Source: Phocaeicola dorei
GTDB lineage: Bacteria; Bacillota; Clostridia; Christensenellales; Aristaeellaceae
Assembly (NCBI GenBank): GCA_963627465.1
Contig: CAVGBO010000016.1
Coordinates: 13,159-77,158 of the forward strand
Reading direction: 5' to 3'
Length of the DNA: 64,000 nt
Shown: positions 33,614 through 41,672 of the stretch, piece after piece
How the letters are laid out: each line of letters opens with the position of its first letter
How positions within the stretch are numbered: the stretch's first letter is position 1
Made by a program: the position numbers and the translations under genes
Notes under the pieces: model-generated
Database searches by the model: none
What the model saw: only the letters and a program-made list of their open reading frames with translations
Told to the model about the DNA's origin: nothing

Positions 33614-34870
33614 TTATGAATGCATTTCATTCGTTCCGTTCTTTTTCAGGGTCTTCAGCCATGCAATCGTTTCCAGCGTCTGGGGATGCATGGGCTTGCC
33701 CCCCTTGCGAACATAATCCTTCGTGCCCTCCATGCTGCAAAGCATGGCTCTTTCAAGGCTCAACTGTGCCAAGACTCGAACCTTTTCCAGTGTAGGGTAG
33801 CTTTCTCTGGTAGGTTCAATCTTATCCGCTAGGTAAACCACCATGTCCAGCGGCGTCATGCCCACCTTGCCGGTGGTGTGGCAGGCGATGGCTCGCAGCA
33901 CATCCGGATCTTCCTCGCCATAAACCGTTGCTGCCAGATAGGCACCTGCGATGGAATGCATGAGTGCCCCGCTTTCCAGCACAGCCTGATCATCCGTCAG
34001 CTGATGCTCCATGCAGATGCGCTGCATCTCCTTCAGTGGCAGGCACTTGGCGCAGTCGTGCAACACCGCTGCTTCCTCCGCCTGACGAAGATCCACGCCA
34101 TGGATTTTCGCCAAATGCCGTGCCGTGTAGGCCACTGCCAGCGTGTGAGCGAACCGTTTCACGGACAGATCCTGAAACAGTCGTGTCAGCCACTTTTCCG
34201 GCGTGCGCAGATGTGCAGGGATGCCGTATAATCCCCGAAGTGCTGCATACTCCCGGCAAACCACCGGCAAGTCTGCCATAGGCTTTCCTTCCACCAGTGC
34301 CTTGCGTACCTGGGTGGAGGAAACATCCACAATGTCCATATTCACCATCTGGAAGCTGCCGCCCAGTGCCGTCAGTCGGTGGCGTTCCTCCACGATCTCC
34401 GCCGGTTTTTTGTCCCATTTGCGGGGGCAAATGAGAAAGGTGCACATACCCAGCACTCGGGTGTAATCCTTCCAGTTCTGTAATTCAAACAGCGTGTCCG
34501 CACCAATGATATAAAACAGATCCGCCTTCGGGTAGGCTTCATGCAGTGCGGCTAGGGTATCCACCGTGTAAATGATGCCCTCCCGCTCCAGCTCCATGGA
34601 GCAAGGTTCCAGTCCCGGTTCCTGTGCCGTGGCTGCGCACACCATCCGCCAGCGATCTACCGCCGGTGAAATGTCGTGCTTATGGGGAGGGTTGCCTGTC
34701 GGCAATACCAGCACCCGATCAAGCCCTGCCTCCTGCATAGCCGCACGAGCCATGGCAATGTGCCCTGCGTGAATGGGGTCAAATGTGCCGCCAATAATCC
34801 CGATGCGTTCCTTTGCCAATGCATGGCCTTCTTTCCGAACCTTCTGTTTTTCGTCTTTCCTCAATGCCAT
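33614..34870 (-). CDS. nadD: Fused nicotinate-nucleotide adenylyltransferase (NadD) / HD-domain YqeK-type hydrolase
   Basis: N-terminal half IGIIGGTFDPIHAGHIAMA..LVLPTGNPPHK (NadD). C-terminal half RFAHTLAVAYTARHLA..AAVLHDCAK..ACHTTG (YqeK HD domain). One uninterrupted 418-aa frame. ATG 34870 follows the RBS GGAGAA. Confidence 0.85.
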   Translation of the reverse strand: MALRKDEKQKVRKEGHALAKERIGIIGGTFDPIHAGHIAMARAAMQEAGLDRVLVLPTGNPPHKHDISPAVDRWRMVCAATAQEPGLEPCSMELEREGIIYTVDTLAALHEAYPKADLFYIIGADTLFELQNWKDYTRVLGMCTFLICPRKWDKKPAEIVEERHRLTALGGSFQMVNMDIVDVSSTQVRKALVEGKPMADLPVVCREYAALRGLYGIPAHLRTPEKWLTRLFQDLSVKRFAHTLAVAYTARHLAKIHGVDLRQAEEAAVLHDCAKCLPLKEMQRICMEHQLTDDQAVLESGALMHSIAGAYLAATVYGEEDPDVLRAIACHTTGKVGMTPLDMVVYLADKIEPTRESYPTLEKVRVLAQLSLERAMLCSMEGTKDYVRKGGKPMHPQTLETIAWLKTLKKNGTNEMHS

Positions 34871-35018
34871 TATAAACGATTTTCTCCATTTTAGGAAGAG
34901 GAAATTTTCAGGCATTGGGTTTGGTGAAGCCACGCAAGTGTATTTCATACCAAAGTCTGTTTTCTTGTGCTTGTTCTTTTCCCGGCGTTCATGATACAAT
35001 GATGCTGAGGTGATGATC

Positions 35019-35477
35019 ATGGAGGAAGCCAACGTATGGATGCAGGAAGCCTTGGTGCAGGCTAAGGAAGCCCTTACCCATGAAGAAGTTCCTGTGGGTG
35101 CCGTGCTGGTGCATCAAGGGAAAAAGTTGTGCGCCTTCGGCAACCGCCGTGAAGCCGATCATGATCCAACTGCCCATGCAGAAATTCTTTGCCTTCGAGA
35201 AGGAGCTCGTCTGCTGGGGAATTGGCGCATGCAGGACTGTACGCTATACGTTACGTTGGAGCCCTGCCCCATGTGCGCCGGTGCCATGGTCATGAGCCGA
35301 TTAGGCAAGTGCGTCTACGGGGCACCGGATCCGCAAAAGGGCTGCTGCGGCTCCGTGTATGATCTGCCGGACGATCCTGCCCTCGGCAGTCAAACCCAGT
35401 GGGAAGGCGGCATCATGGCAGACGCCTGTCAGGAAGTACTAGACGCATTCTTCGCCCGGCGCAGAAAAGGTGATTGA
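35019..35477 (+). CDS. tadA: tRNA adenosine(34) deaminase TadA
   Basis: VPVGAVLV, HAEILCLRE, LEPCPMCAGAM (CDA zinc motifs). ATG follows the RBS GAGGTG. Confidence 0.9.
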   Translation: MEEANVWMQEALVQAKEALTHEEVPVGAVLVHQGKKLCAFGNRREADHDPTAHAEILCLREGARLLGNWRMQDCTLYVTLEPCPMCAGAMVMSRLGKCVYGAPDPQKGCCGSVYDLPDDPALGSQTQWEGGIMADACQEVLDAFFARRRKGD

Positions 35478-35505
35478 CGCAATAACCGCATACGGCATAT
35501 TTTCA

Positions 35506-35539
35506 GGCAGACGACAGACCTTTGTCATCTGCCTTTTTC
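35506..35539 (+). terminator. Rho-independent terminator after tadA
   Basis: 11-bp stem GGCAGACGACA / TGTCATCTGCC (one G-U pair) followed by TTTTT. Confidence 0.6.
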
Positions 35540-35631
35540 GATGCAATGACAGGCAGTTCATCACCTGTCAAAGGCAATCGTTTGGTATCCCCTTGTTGCG
35601 CTTTTTCGGCAACTTTTTTCTGTTCACATTC

Positions 35632-35660
35632 TTGACATATTTAATATGAAGAGATAGAAT
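35632..35660 (+). promoter_or_regulatory. Putative sigma-A promoter of the mrp cluster
   Basis: TTGACA, 17-nt spacer, TAGAAT, preceded by an A/T-rich tract. Confidence 0.5.
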
Positions 35661-35792
35661 AGCTCGGTGCCTCGGAAAAGGGTATGGCGGTCCTTTCCGC
35701 GGCATTTCCGGAAAGGGATTGTGCTGCTTACAAACGCGCTGTCCTGCCGCGTTGCAGGGTCTCTTTTCATCAAAGATAAGGGAGGTTCATCC
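35661..35792 (+). promoter_or_regulatory. Structured 5' leader of about 130 nt upstream of the mrp cluster (candidate attenuator/riboswitch, class unknown)
   Basis: CCTTTCC (35692-98) can pair with either GGAAAAGGG (35674-82) or GGAAAGGG (35710-17). A short hairpin CCTGC/GCAGG followed by CTCTTTTC sits just before the RBS. Confidence 0.3.
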
Positions 35793-36266
35793 ATGTTCTT
35801 CATTCTCTTTGCGTTCTGGGTCATCCTGAACGGTCAATGGACGGGTGAGATTGCCATTGTGGGACTGGTTCTCTCGGCACTGCTGTACCTGCTCATGTGG
35901 AAGTTCATGAACTACTCGCCAAAGCGTGAGTGGGCTGTTGTGAAACGGCTGCCCAGACTAATCGCATATTTCTTCTACCTGGTAGGAGAAATCTTCAAGG
36001 CCGCTTGGGGCACCATTCAGTTCATCTGGTCCCCATCTCAGGTGGTAGAACCTGAAGTCAAGTCCTTCCGCACCAAGCTGAAAACCGGTTGGGGCAAAGT
36101 TGTACTGGCCAACTCCATCACCCTGACCCCTGGTACCATTACCGTAGACGTGCGGGACGACGTTATGCTGGTACACTGCATCGACCACTCCTTCGGTGAA
36201 GGGCTGGAAGACAGTGATATGGAACATCGTATTCAGAAAATCGAGGAAGGAGGGCACAAGGCATGA
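35793..36266 (+). CDS. mrpE: Mrp/Mnh antiporter subunit E
   Basis: MFFILFAFWVILNGQWTGEIAIVGLVLSALL and LANSITLTPGTITVDV are typical MnhE patterns. RBS AAGGGAGG upstream. The track ORF start at 35667 is an unsupported extension. Confidence 0.8.
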   Translation: MFFILFAFWVILNGQWTGEIAIVGLVLSALLYLLMWKFMNYSPKREWAVVKRLPRLIAYFFYLVGEIFKAAWGTIQFIWSPSQVVEPEVKSFRTKLKTGWGKVVLANSITLTPGTITVDVRDDVMLVHCIDHSFGEGLEDSDMEHRIQKIEEGGHKA

Positions 36267-36592
36267 CGGAAGCTTACAACCTGATGTACAACATCGTCCT
36301 AGGCATTCTGGGCGGCATGCTGTGTGCCTGCCTGATTCGTGCCGTTATCGGTCCCCGCATTGCCGACCGAATCATCGCCGTCAACATGATGGGCACGCTG
36401 GTGGTCATCATCATTTGCGTGCTGGCCTTCGTGATGGATGAAGGCTACCTGGCTGATATTGCCATGATCTACACCATGCTGTCCTTCCTGTCTGTGGTGT
36501 TGCTGACCAAGGTGTACATGGGCATCTATCGTGAAAAGCGCCGCCGTGCTGAAGCGGCAAAGGCGGAGAAGGAGGGACAGGAACATGCTTGA
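36263..36592 (+). CDS. mrpF: Mrp/Mnh antiporter subunit F
   Basis: 109 aa, 3 TMs. LIRAVIGPRIADRIIAVNMMGT signature. ATGA overlap with mrpE. Confidence 0.8.
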   Translation: MTEAYNLMYNIVLGILGGMLCACLIRAVIGPRIADRIIAVNMMGTLVVIIICVLAFVMDEGYLADIAMIYTMLSFLSVVLLTKVYMGIYREKRRRAEAAKAEKEGQEHA

Positions 36593-36938
36593 TACCGTTC
36601 GTTTTGTGATCAGCCTGATCATGACCCTGGGCGGCCTGTTCGCTCTGCTCTCCGGCATTGTGGGCGTTTTTCGCTTCAAGTACGCTTTGACCCGCATTCA
36701 TGCAGCAGCCCTGTTTGACACAGTGGGCATTCTGCTGATGGTGGGCGGCGTTATCGTGGGACAAGGCTTTACCATTGCATCCCTGAAGATGCTGCTGGTG
36801 ATTGCCATTCTGTGGATGTCCAGCCCCGTATCCAGCCACCTGATCGGCCGCTTGGAAGTGACCATCAACGACGCACTGGATAAGGACATGACCGTTGCTG
36901 ATCAGGCTATGGTTGATCATGAAAAGGAGGGTGACTGA
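36585..36938 (+). CDS. mrpG: Mrp/Mnh antiporter subunit G
   Basis: LGGLFALLSGIVGVFRFKYALTRIHAAALFDTVGILLM signature. ATG 36585 overlaps the mrpF stop. Confidence 0.8.
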   Translation: MLDTVRFVISLIMTLGGLFALLSGIVGVFRFKYALTRIHAAALFDTVGILLMVGGVIVGQGFTIASLKMLLVIAILWMSSPVSSHLIGRLEVTINDALDKDMTVADQAMVDHEKEGD

Positions 36939-36940
36939 TC

Positions 36941-37276
36941 ATGCAGGCATTGAACATCATTCTGCTGATTTTCATTCTCGGCTGCGCTCTGGCTGCTGCC
37001 CTGAGCAAGAACCTGCTGCAGGCCATTGTCATCTTCATGGGGCAAAGTACGGCTATGTGCGTCATTTGGATTCTGCTGGAATCCCCTGACTTGGCCATTA
37101 CGGAAGCCGCTGTAGGCGCCGGTATTACCAGTTTGCTGCTTTTCGTTACGTTGAAGAAGATTCACGCCATTGATGTAAGCAATGAGCGTGAAGAGGGTGC
37201 TCCCGTTTCTACCCGTACCGAAAAGAGCTTGATTAACCAAGAGGAGGGAAACGGCGATGGCACACATCAGAAATGA
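36941..37276 (+). CDS. DUF4040-type protein (N-terminal MrpB/MbhD-like piece)
   Basis: 111 aa, 3 TMs. LLESPDLAITEAAVGAGITSLLLFVTL is the DUF4040 hallmark. Confidence 0.7.
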   Translation: MQALNIILLIFILGCALAAALSKNLLQAIVIFMGQSTAMCVIWILLESPDLAITEAAVGAGITSLLLFVTLKKIHAIDVSNEREEGAPVSTRTEKSLINQEEGNGDGTHQK

Positions 37277-38276
37277 TTATGAAAACAGCTGGTGGCCTCG
37301 CCTGAAACGCTGGCTACAAGGCGGCTCCACCAAGCTGGATGAAGCCATGACCAAGGAATACGATGAAAGCCGTGAAGGTCACCTGGTGGGCACCATTGAA
37401 GAAGCCCAAGCCCGAGAAGATGCACGGGAAGAAAGAGTGCGCCGTCAGCTGGCGGAAGAACAGACCATGTATACCCAAGCCCATCAGTGGGCTGCCACCC
37501 ACGGTCAGAAGACTGCCCGTGTGCTGTACGGTCTGTTTGCGGTAATTATCTGCGTTTCCATCATTGCGCTGCTGCTTTCCACGGCTACTCATCTGCCACC
37601 CTTCGGCAATGCTGATAACCCGGTCAATAACGAGGTCAGTCAGCGGTACATTGAAAAGGGTCAGGAAGAAACCGGCATTGTGAACATTGTGGCCGGCATG
37701 ATCCTTGACTACCGTGCCTTCGATACCCTGGGTGAAAGCAACGTGCTGTTCATTGCCGCCTGCTCAGTGTTGATTCTGCTGCGAATCAGCCGTGACCCCA
37801 ACGGCGGCGTCAGTGCGGAACAGTTGGCTGTGGAAGCCAATGACCGTATGTATGAGCCCAAGAACGACATCATCCTTCAGCATATTGCCAAGGTGCTGGT
37901 GCCGATTATCCTCATGTTTGGCATGTACGTCATCATGAACGGTCACATCTCCCCCGGCGGCGGCTTCTCCGGTGGTGCGATCATGGGTGCAGGCCTGATC
38001 CTGTATCTGAACGCCTTCGGCTTCAAGAAGACGGAGCAGTTCTTCACCTTCAAAACCTTCCAGATCGTCAGCCTGTGTGCACTGAGCTTCTATGCCTTGT
38101 CCAAAGCCTACAGCTTCTTCACCGGTGCCAACCATCTGGAGTCCATTATCACCACAGGTACCCCCGGTGCCTTGTTCTCTGCCGGCCTTATTCCCTACCT
38201 GAATCTGGCTGTCGGTCTGGTGGTATGCTGCACCATGTACGCCTTCTATACCCTGTTCAGAAAGGGGGATATGTAA
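37257..38276 (+). CDS. mrpB: Mrp/Mnh antiporter subunit B core with about 85-aa hydrophilic N-terminal extension
   Basis: NIVAGMILDYRAFDTLGESNVLFIAACSV is the MnhB signature. RBS GAGGAGGG lies 6 nt upstream of ATG 37257. 20-nt overlap with the preceding gene. Confidence 0.75.
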   Translation: MAHIRNDYENSWWPRLKRWLQGGSTKLDEAMTKEYDESREGHLVGTIEEAQAREDAREERVRRQLAEEQTMYTQAHQWAATHGQKTARVLYGLFAVIICVSIIALLLSTATHLPPFGNADNPVNNEVSQRYIEKGQEETGIVNIVAGMILDYRAFDTLGESNVLFIAACSVLILLRISRDPNGGVSAEQLAVEANDRMYEPKNDIILQHIAKVLVPIILMFGMYVIMNGHISPGGGFSGGAIMGAGLILYLNAFGFKKTEQFFTFKTFQIVSLCALSFYALSKAYSFFTGANHLESIITTGTPGALFSAGLIPYLNLAVGLVVCCTMYAFYTLFRKGDM

Positions 38277-38279
38277 CCG

Positions 38280-38645
38280 ATGAATTTCACCAATTACGAA
38301 GAAATGGCGGCCATGATCCTCTTCGGCATCGGCTTTACCACCTTGCTGCTGGATCGGAACATGATTAAGAAGATCATCGGCTTCTCCATGATGGACAGTG
38401 CCATTTATCTGTTTCTGGCCGCAAAGGGCTACATCACCGGCCGGAAGGCACCTATCATTGTTAACGGCGTGCAGAGCATGGAAGCCTACATCAACCCCAT
38501 TCCTGCCGGTCTGGTACTGACAGGCATTGTGGTCAGCGTGTCCGTTTCCGCCCTGATGCTGGCCTTGACGGTACGCCTCTACCGCCGGTATCACACCTTG
38601 GATATCGATGAGATTACGGCACTGAGCCGAAAGGAGGAAATGTAA
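38280..38645 (+). CDS. mrpC: Mrp/Mnh antiporter subunit C (NuoK-like)
   Basis: 121 aa, 3 TMs. ILFGIGFTTLLLDRNMIKKIIGFSMMDSAIYLF and LTGIVVSVSVSALMLAL. Confidence 0.8.
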   Translation: MNFTNYEEMAAMILFGIGFTTLLLDRNMIKKIIGFSMMDSAIYLFLAAKGYITGRKAPIIVNGVQSMEAYINPIPAGLVLTGIVVSVSVSALMLALTVRLYRRYHTLDIDEITALSRKEEM

Positions 38646-38647
38646 GC

Positions 38648-40147
38648 ATGGAGCTTTGGAAATCCATCCCCTTTGCCTGCATTCTGCTCCCTCTGGGCTC
38701 TGCTGCCATGACCAGCGTGCTCAAGGGCAAGTTTGCACGCCGGTGGGTTTGCATTGTTCTGACCATTGTGACTGTGCTCAATGCAATCCTGACGGTCATC
38801 ATGTCCCGAACTGGCGGCTACTACACCTACATGATGGGTCATTTCCCCGCTCCTTGGGGCAATGAGCTGCGTGCCGGTCAACTGGAAGCGATCACAGGCT
38901 TCTTCTTTGCGCTGATCATGCTGCTGTCCTTCATCGGCGGCCTGAAAAAGATTGAGGAGCATATCCTCCACGACAAGCAGAGCCTGTACTGCGTCATGAT
39001 TCTGCTGCTCACCGCAGCCCTGATGGCGCAGGTATACACCAATGATATTTTCACCGCCTACGTTTTCCTGGAAATCATGACCATTTCCGCCTGCTCCCTC
39101 ATCACCGCCCGCACCAAAGGACGGACGCTGGTGGCTGCAACCCGGTACATGATCATGAACCTAGTTGGTTCCGGCCTATTCCTGCTGGGCATCATCCTGC
39201 TGTATGACCTGACCGGTCACCTGCTGATGAGCAATGCTAAGGAAGCCGTTGCCGCCCTTCACGCCAGCGGCGCCTATCATCAGCCCCTGACGGTGGTTGT
39301 GGCTGTGATTACCATCGGCCTTGCCATCAAGAGTGCTCTGTTCCCCTTCCACACCTGGGTGCCGGATGCTTACAGCTACTCCACCCCCACCTCTTCCGCA
39401 GTGCTGTCCTCCTTGGTCAGCAAGGGCTATATCTTCCTGCTGCTGAAGATTTACTACCGGGTCATCGGTCTGGATGTGATTGCAGACACGGGCGTGCTGA
39501 ATGTGCTGTTCGTCTTCGCTCTGGTAGGCATGATCATGGGCTCTATCTCTGCCATTCGGCAGAGCGACATTCGCCGCATGATCGCCTTCTCCTCCGTGGC
39601 GCAGATCGGCTATATCTACATGGGCATGGGTCTGGGCACGGACGAAGGCATGATGGCCGCCGTGTTCCACATCTTCGCCCACTCTGTGTGCAAGTCCATG
39701 CTGTTCCTTGCGGCAGGCGGCTTGGCGGATGCTTCCGGCAACTCCAAGCAGTTCCGTGACCTGCGGGGCGCAGGCTACCGCAGCCCCATCGCCGGCGTAG
39801 CCTTCACCATCGGCGCACTGAGCATGGTAGGCTTCCCCTTCCTGGGCGGATTCTCCAGCAAGGTGAACTTTGCCATGGCGGCCATGGGTGCAGGCGACGT
39901 GCGCATGACGCTGACGCTGATTGTGCTTGCCATTTCCACGGCACTGAATACCGTCTACTTCATCAAGACGGTGATCACCCTGTACCGCAAGCCGTTGGAC
40001 AATGTGGTCTACCCTGTGGAACGTGGCAAGCGGGGCTTCTGCTTCAATTGCGCACTGATCTGCTTTTCCGTTGTGAACATCGTGCTGGGTTTGTTCTCTC
40101 AGCCCCTTGTTCAGCTCATTACATCCGGTCTTGCCACCTTCGGCTGA
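38648..40147 (+). CDS. mrpD: MrpD/NuoN-like proton-conducting antiporter subunit, copy 1
   Basis: 499 aa, about 14 TMs. FTAYVFLEIMTISA, PFHTWVPDAYSYSTPTSSAVLSSLVSKG, AFSSVAQIGYI (Proton_antipo_M pattern). Confidence 0.85.
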   Translation: MELWKSIPFACILLPLGSAAMTSVLKGKFARRWVCIVLTIVTVLNAILTVIMSRTGGYYTYMMGHFPAPWGNELRAGQLEAITGFFFALIMLLSFIGGLKKIEEHILHDKQSLYCVMILLLTAALMAQVYTNDIFTAYVFLEIMTISACSLITARTKGRTLVAATRYMIMNLVGSGLFLLGIILLYDLTGHLLMSNAKEAVAALHASGAYHQPLTVVVAVITIGLAIKSALFPFHTWVPDAYSYSTPTSSAVLSSLVSKGYIFLLLKIYYRVIGLDVIADTGVLNVLFVFALVGMIMGSISAIRQSDIRRMIAFSSVAQIGYIYMGMGLGTDEGMMAAVFHIFAHSVCKSMLFLAAGGLADASGNSKQFRDLRGAGYRSPIAGVAFTIGALSMVGFPFLGGFSSKVNFAMAAMGAGDVRMTLTLIVLAISTALNTVYFIKTVITLYRKPLDNVVYPVERGKRGFCFNCALICFSVVNIVLGLFSQPLVQLITSGLATFG

Positions 40148-40165
40148 TAAAAGGAGGAGAACAAA

Positions 40166-41656
40166 ATGATTGGCTCCTGGTATTTGCTTGTGCCTGTACT
40201 GCTGCCCATTCTTTCCGGGCTGGCAGTCTGCTTCCTGAAGCCTTTTGAAGAGACAAAGGCTCGCAACCGTTTTACCCTGTGTGTGCTTGTGCTGAACGTA
40301 CTGGCCGTGCTGCCTGTACTGTTTGCCAAGGACATGACGCTGACCCTCTTCACCTTGTCCGACACCCTGCCTGTCTTCCTGCACACGGACACTGCCGGCA
40401 AGATTTTCGCCGCTGTGATGTGCTTTGTATGGGCTGCTGCCGGTGCCTACTCCTTCGAGTACATGGCACATGAAGAGAATCAGCGCCGCTACTATACCTT
40501 CTACCTTGTTACCCTGGGCGTGCTGATGGCACTGTGCTTCTCCGGCTCCATCGTCACCTTCTACATGTTCTACGAGGCCATGACCCTGCTGACGGTGCCG
40601 CTGGTGATGCACACCATGACCAAGGAAGCCGTTGCCGCTGGTATCAAGTACCTGATCTACTCTGTGGTGGGTGCTTCTCTGGTGCTGCTGGGCGTGTTCC
40701 TCCTTTCCCCTTATGTGACCACCTTCTCCTTTGCCGCCGGCGGTGTGCTGGATATGGAGAAGGTTGCCGGTCATGAAAGCTATGTGCTGACCGTTGCCTT
40801 CCTGATGCTCATCGGCTTCGGCGCAAAGGCCGGTATGTTCCCCCTCCACGGCTGGCTGCCTACCGCTCACCCGGCCGCCCCCTCCCCTGCCAGTGCCGTG
40901 CTGTCCGGTGTTATCACCAAGGCCGGCGTGCTGGGCACCCTGCGGCTGCTGTACAGCTTCATCGGTGCAGATTTCCTCCGGGGCACTTGGGTACAGACGG
41001 CCATCATGAGCCTGACCCTGTTCACCGTGTTCATGGGTTCTCTGCTGGCACTGCGGGAAGGCGTGCTGAAGAAGCGCCTTGCTTGGTCCTCCGTCAGCCA
41101 GGTCAGCTACATTCTGTTTGGCCTCAGCACCCTGCATCCCCTGGGCTTTGCAGGTGCACTGCTCCACGTGATTGCCCACTCCCTGATTAAGGATACCCTG
41201 TTCATGTCTGCCGGTGCCATCATTGAAAAGACCGGCAAGACCAAGGTCAGCGAGCTGGACGGCATCGGCAAGCAGATGCCTGTGGTCATGTGGTGCTTCA
41301 CCATCGCCAGCATCGGTCTGGTGGGTATTCCCCCGTGCCTGGGCTTCATCAGCAAGTGGTACCTGGCGCAGGGTGCCCTCAGCATGACCGGCGTTGCTCC
41401 TTTCTTCAGCTATTTGGCTCCTGCCGTGCTGCTGATCAGCGCCCTGCTGACTGCTGCTTACCTGCTGCCCATCAGCATTCACGGCTTCTTCACCGGCAAG
41501 GATGCCAACGGTCAGGTTCGGGTATTCAGCAAGTGCGAGCCTACCTACGTGATGCTGATTCCGCTGGTGCTGCTCACCGCACTGATGGTGCTGCTGGGCA
41601 TCTTCCCTCAGGGGCTGACCAATCTGTTTACGACCCTTGCCGGGACGCTGATGTAA
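40166..41656 (+). CDS. mrpD: MrpD/NuoN-like proton-conducting antiporter subunit, copy 2
   Basis: 496 aa. VTFYMFYEAMTLLT, PLHGWLPTAHPAAPSPASAVLSGVITKAG, AWSSVSQVSYI. RBS AAAGGAGGAG. Confidence 0.85.
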   Translation: MIGSWYLLVPVLLPILSGLAVCFLKPFEETKARNRFTLCVLVLNVLAVLPVLFAKDMTLTLFTLSDTLPVFLHTDTAGKIFAAVMCFVWAAAGAYSFEYMAHEENQRRYYTFYLVTLGVLMALCFSGSIVTFYMFYEAMTLLTVPLVMHTMTKEAVAAGIKYLIYSVVGASLVLLGVFLLSPYVTTFSFAAGGVLDMEKVAGHESYVLTVAFLMLIGFGAKAGMFPLHGWLPTAHPAAPSPASAVLSGVITKAGVLGTLRLLYSFIGADFLRGTWVQTAIMSLTLFTVFMGSLLALREGVLKKRLAWSSVSQVSYILFGLSTLHPLGFAGALLHVIAHSLIKDTLFMSAGAIIEKTGKTKVSELDGIGKQMPVVMWCFTIASIGLVGIPPCLGFISKWYLAQGALSMTGVAPFFSYLAPAVLLISALLTAAYLLPISIHGFFTGKDANGQVRVFSKCEPTYVMLIPLVLLTALMVLLGIFPQGLTNLFTTLAGTLM

Positions 41657-41672
41657 GAAAGGAGGCGTTCCG

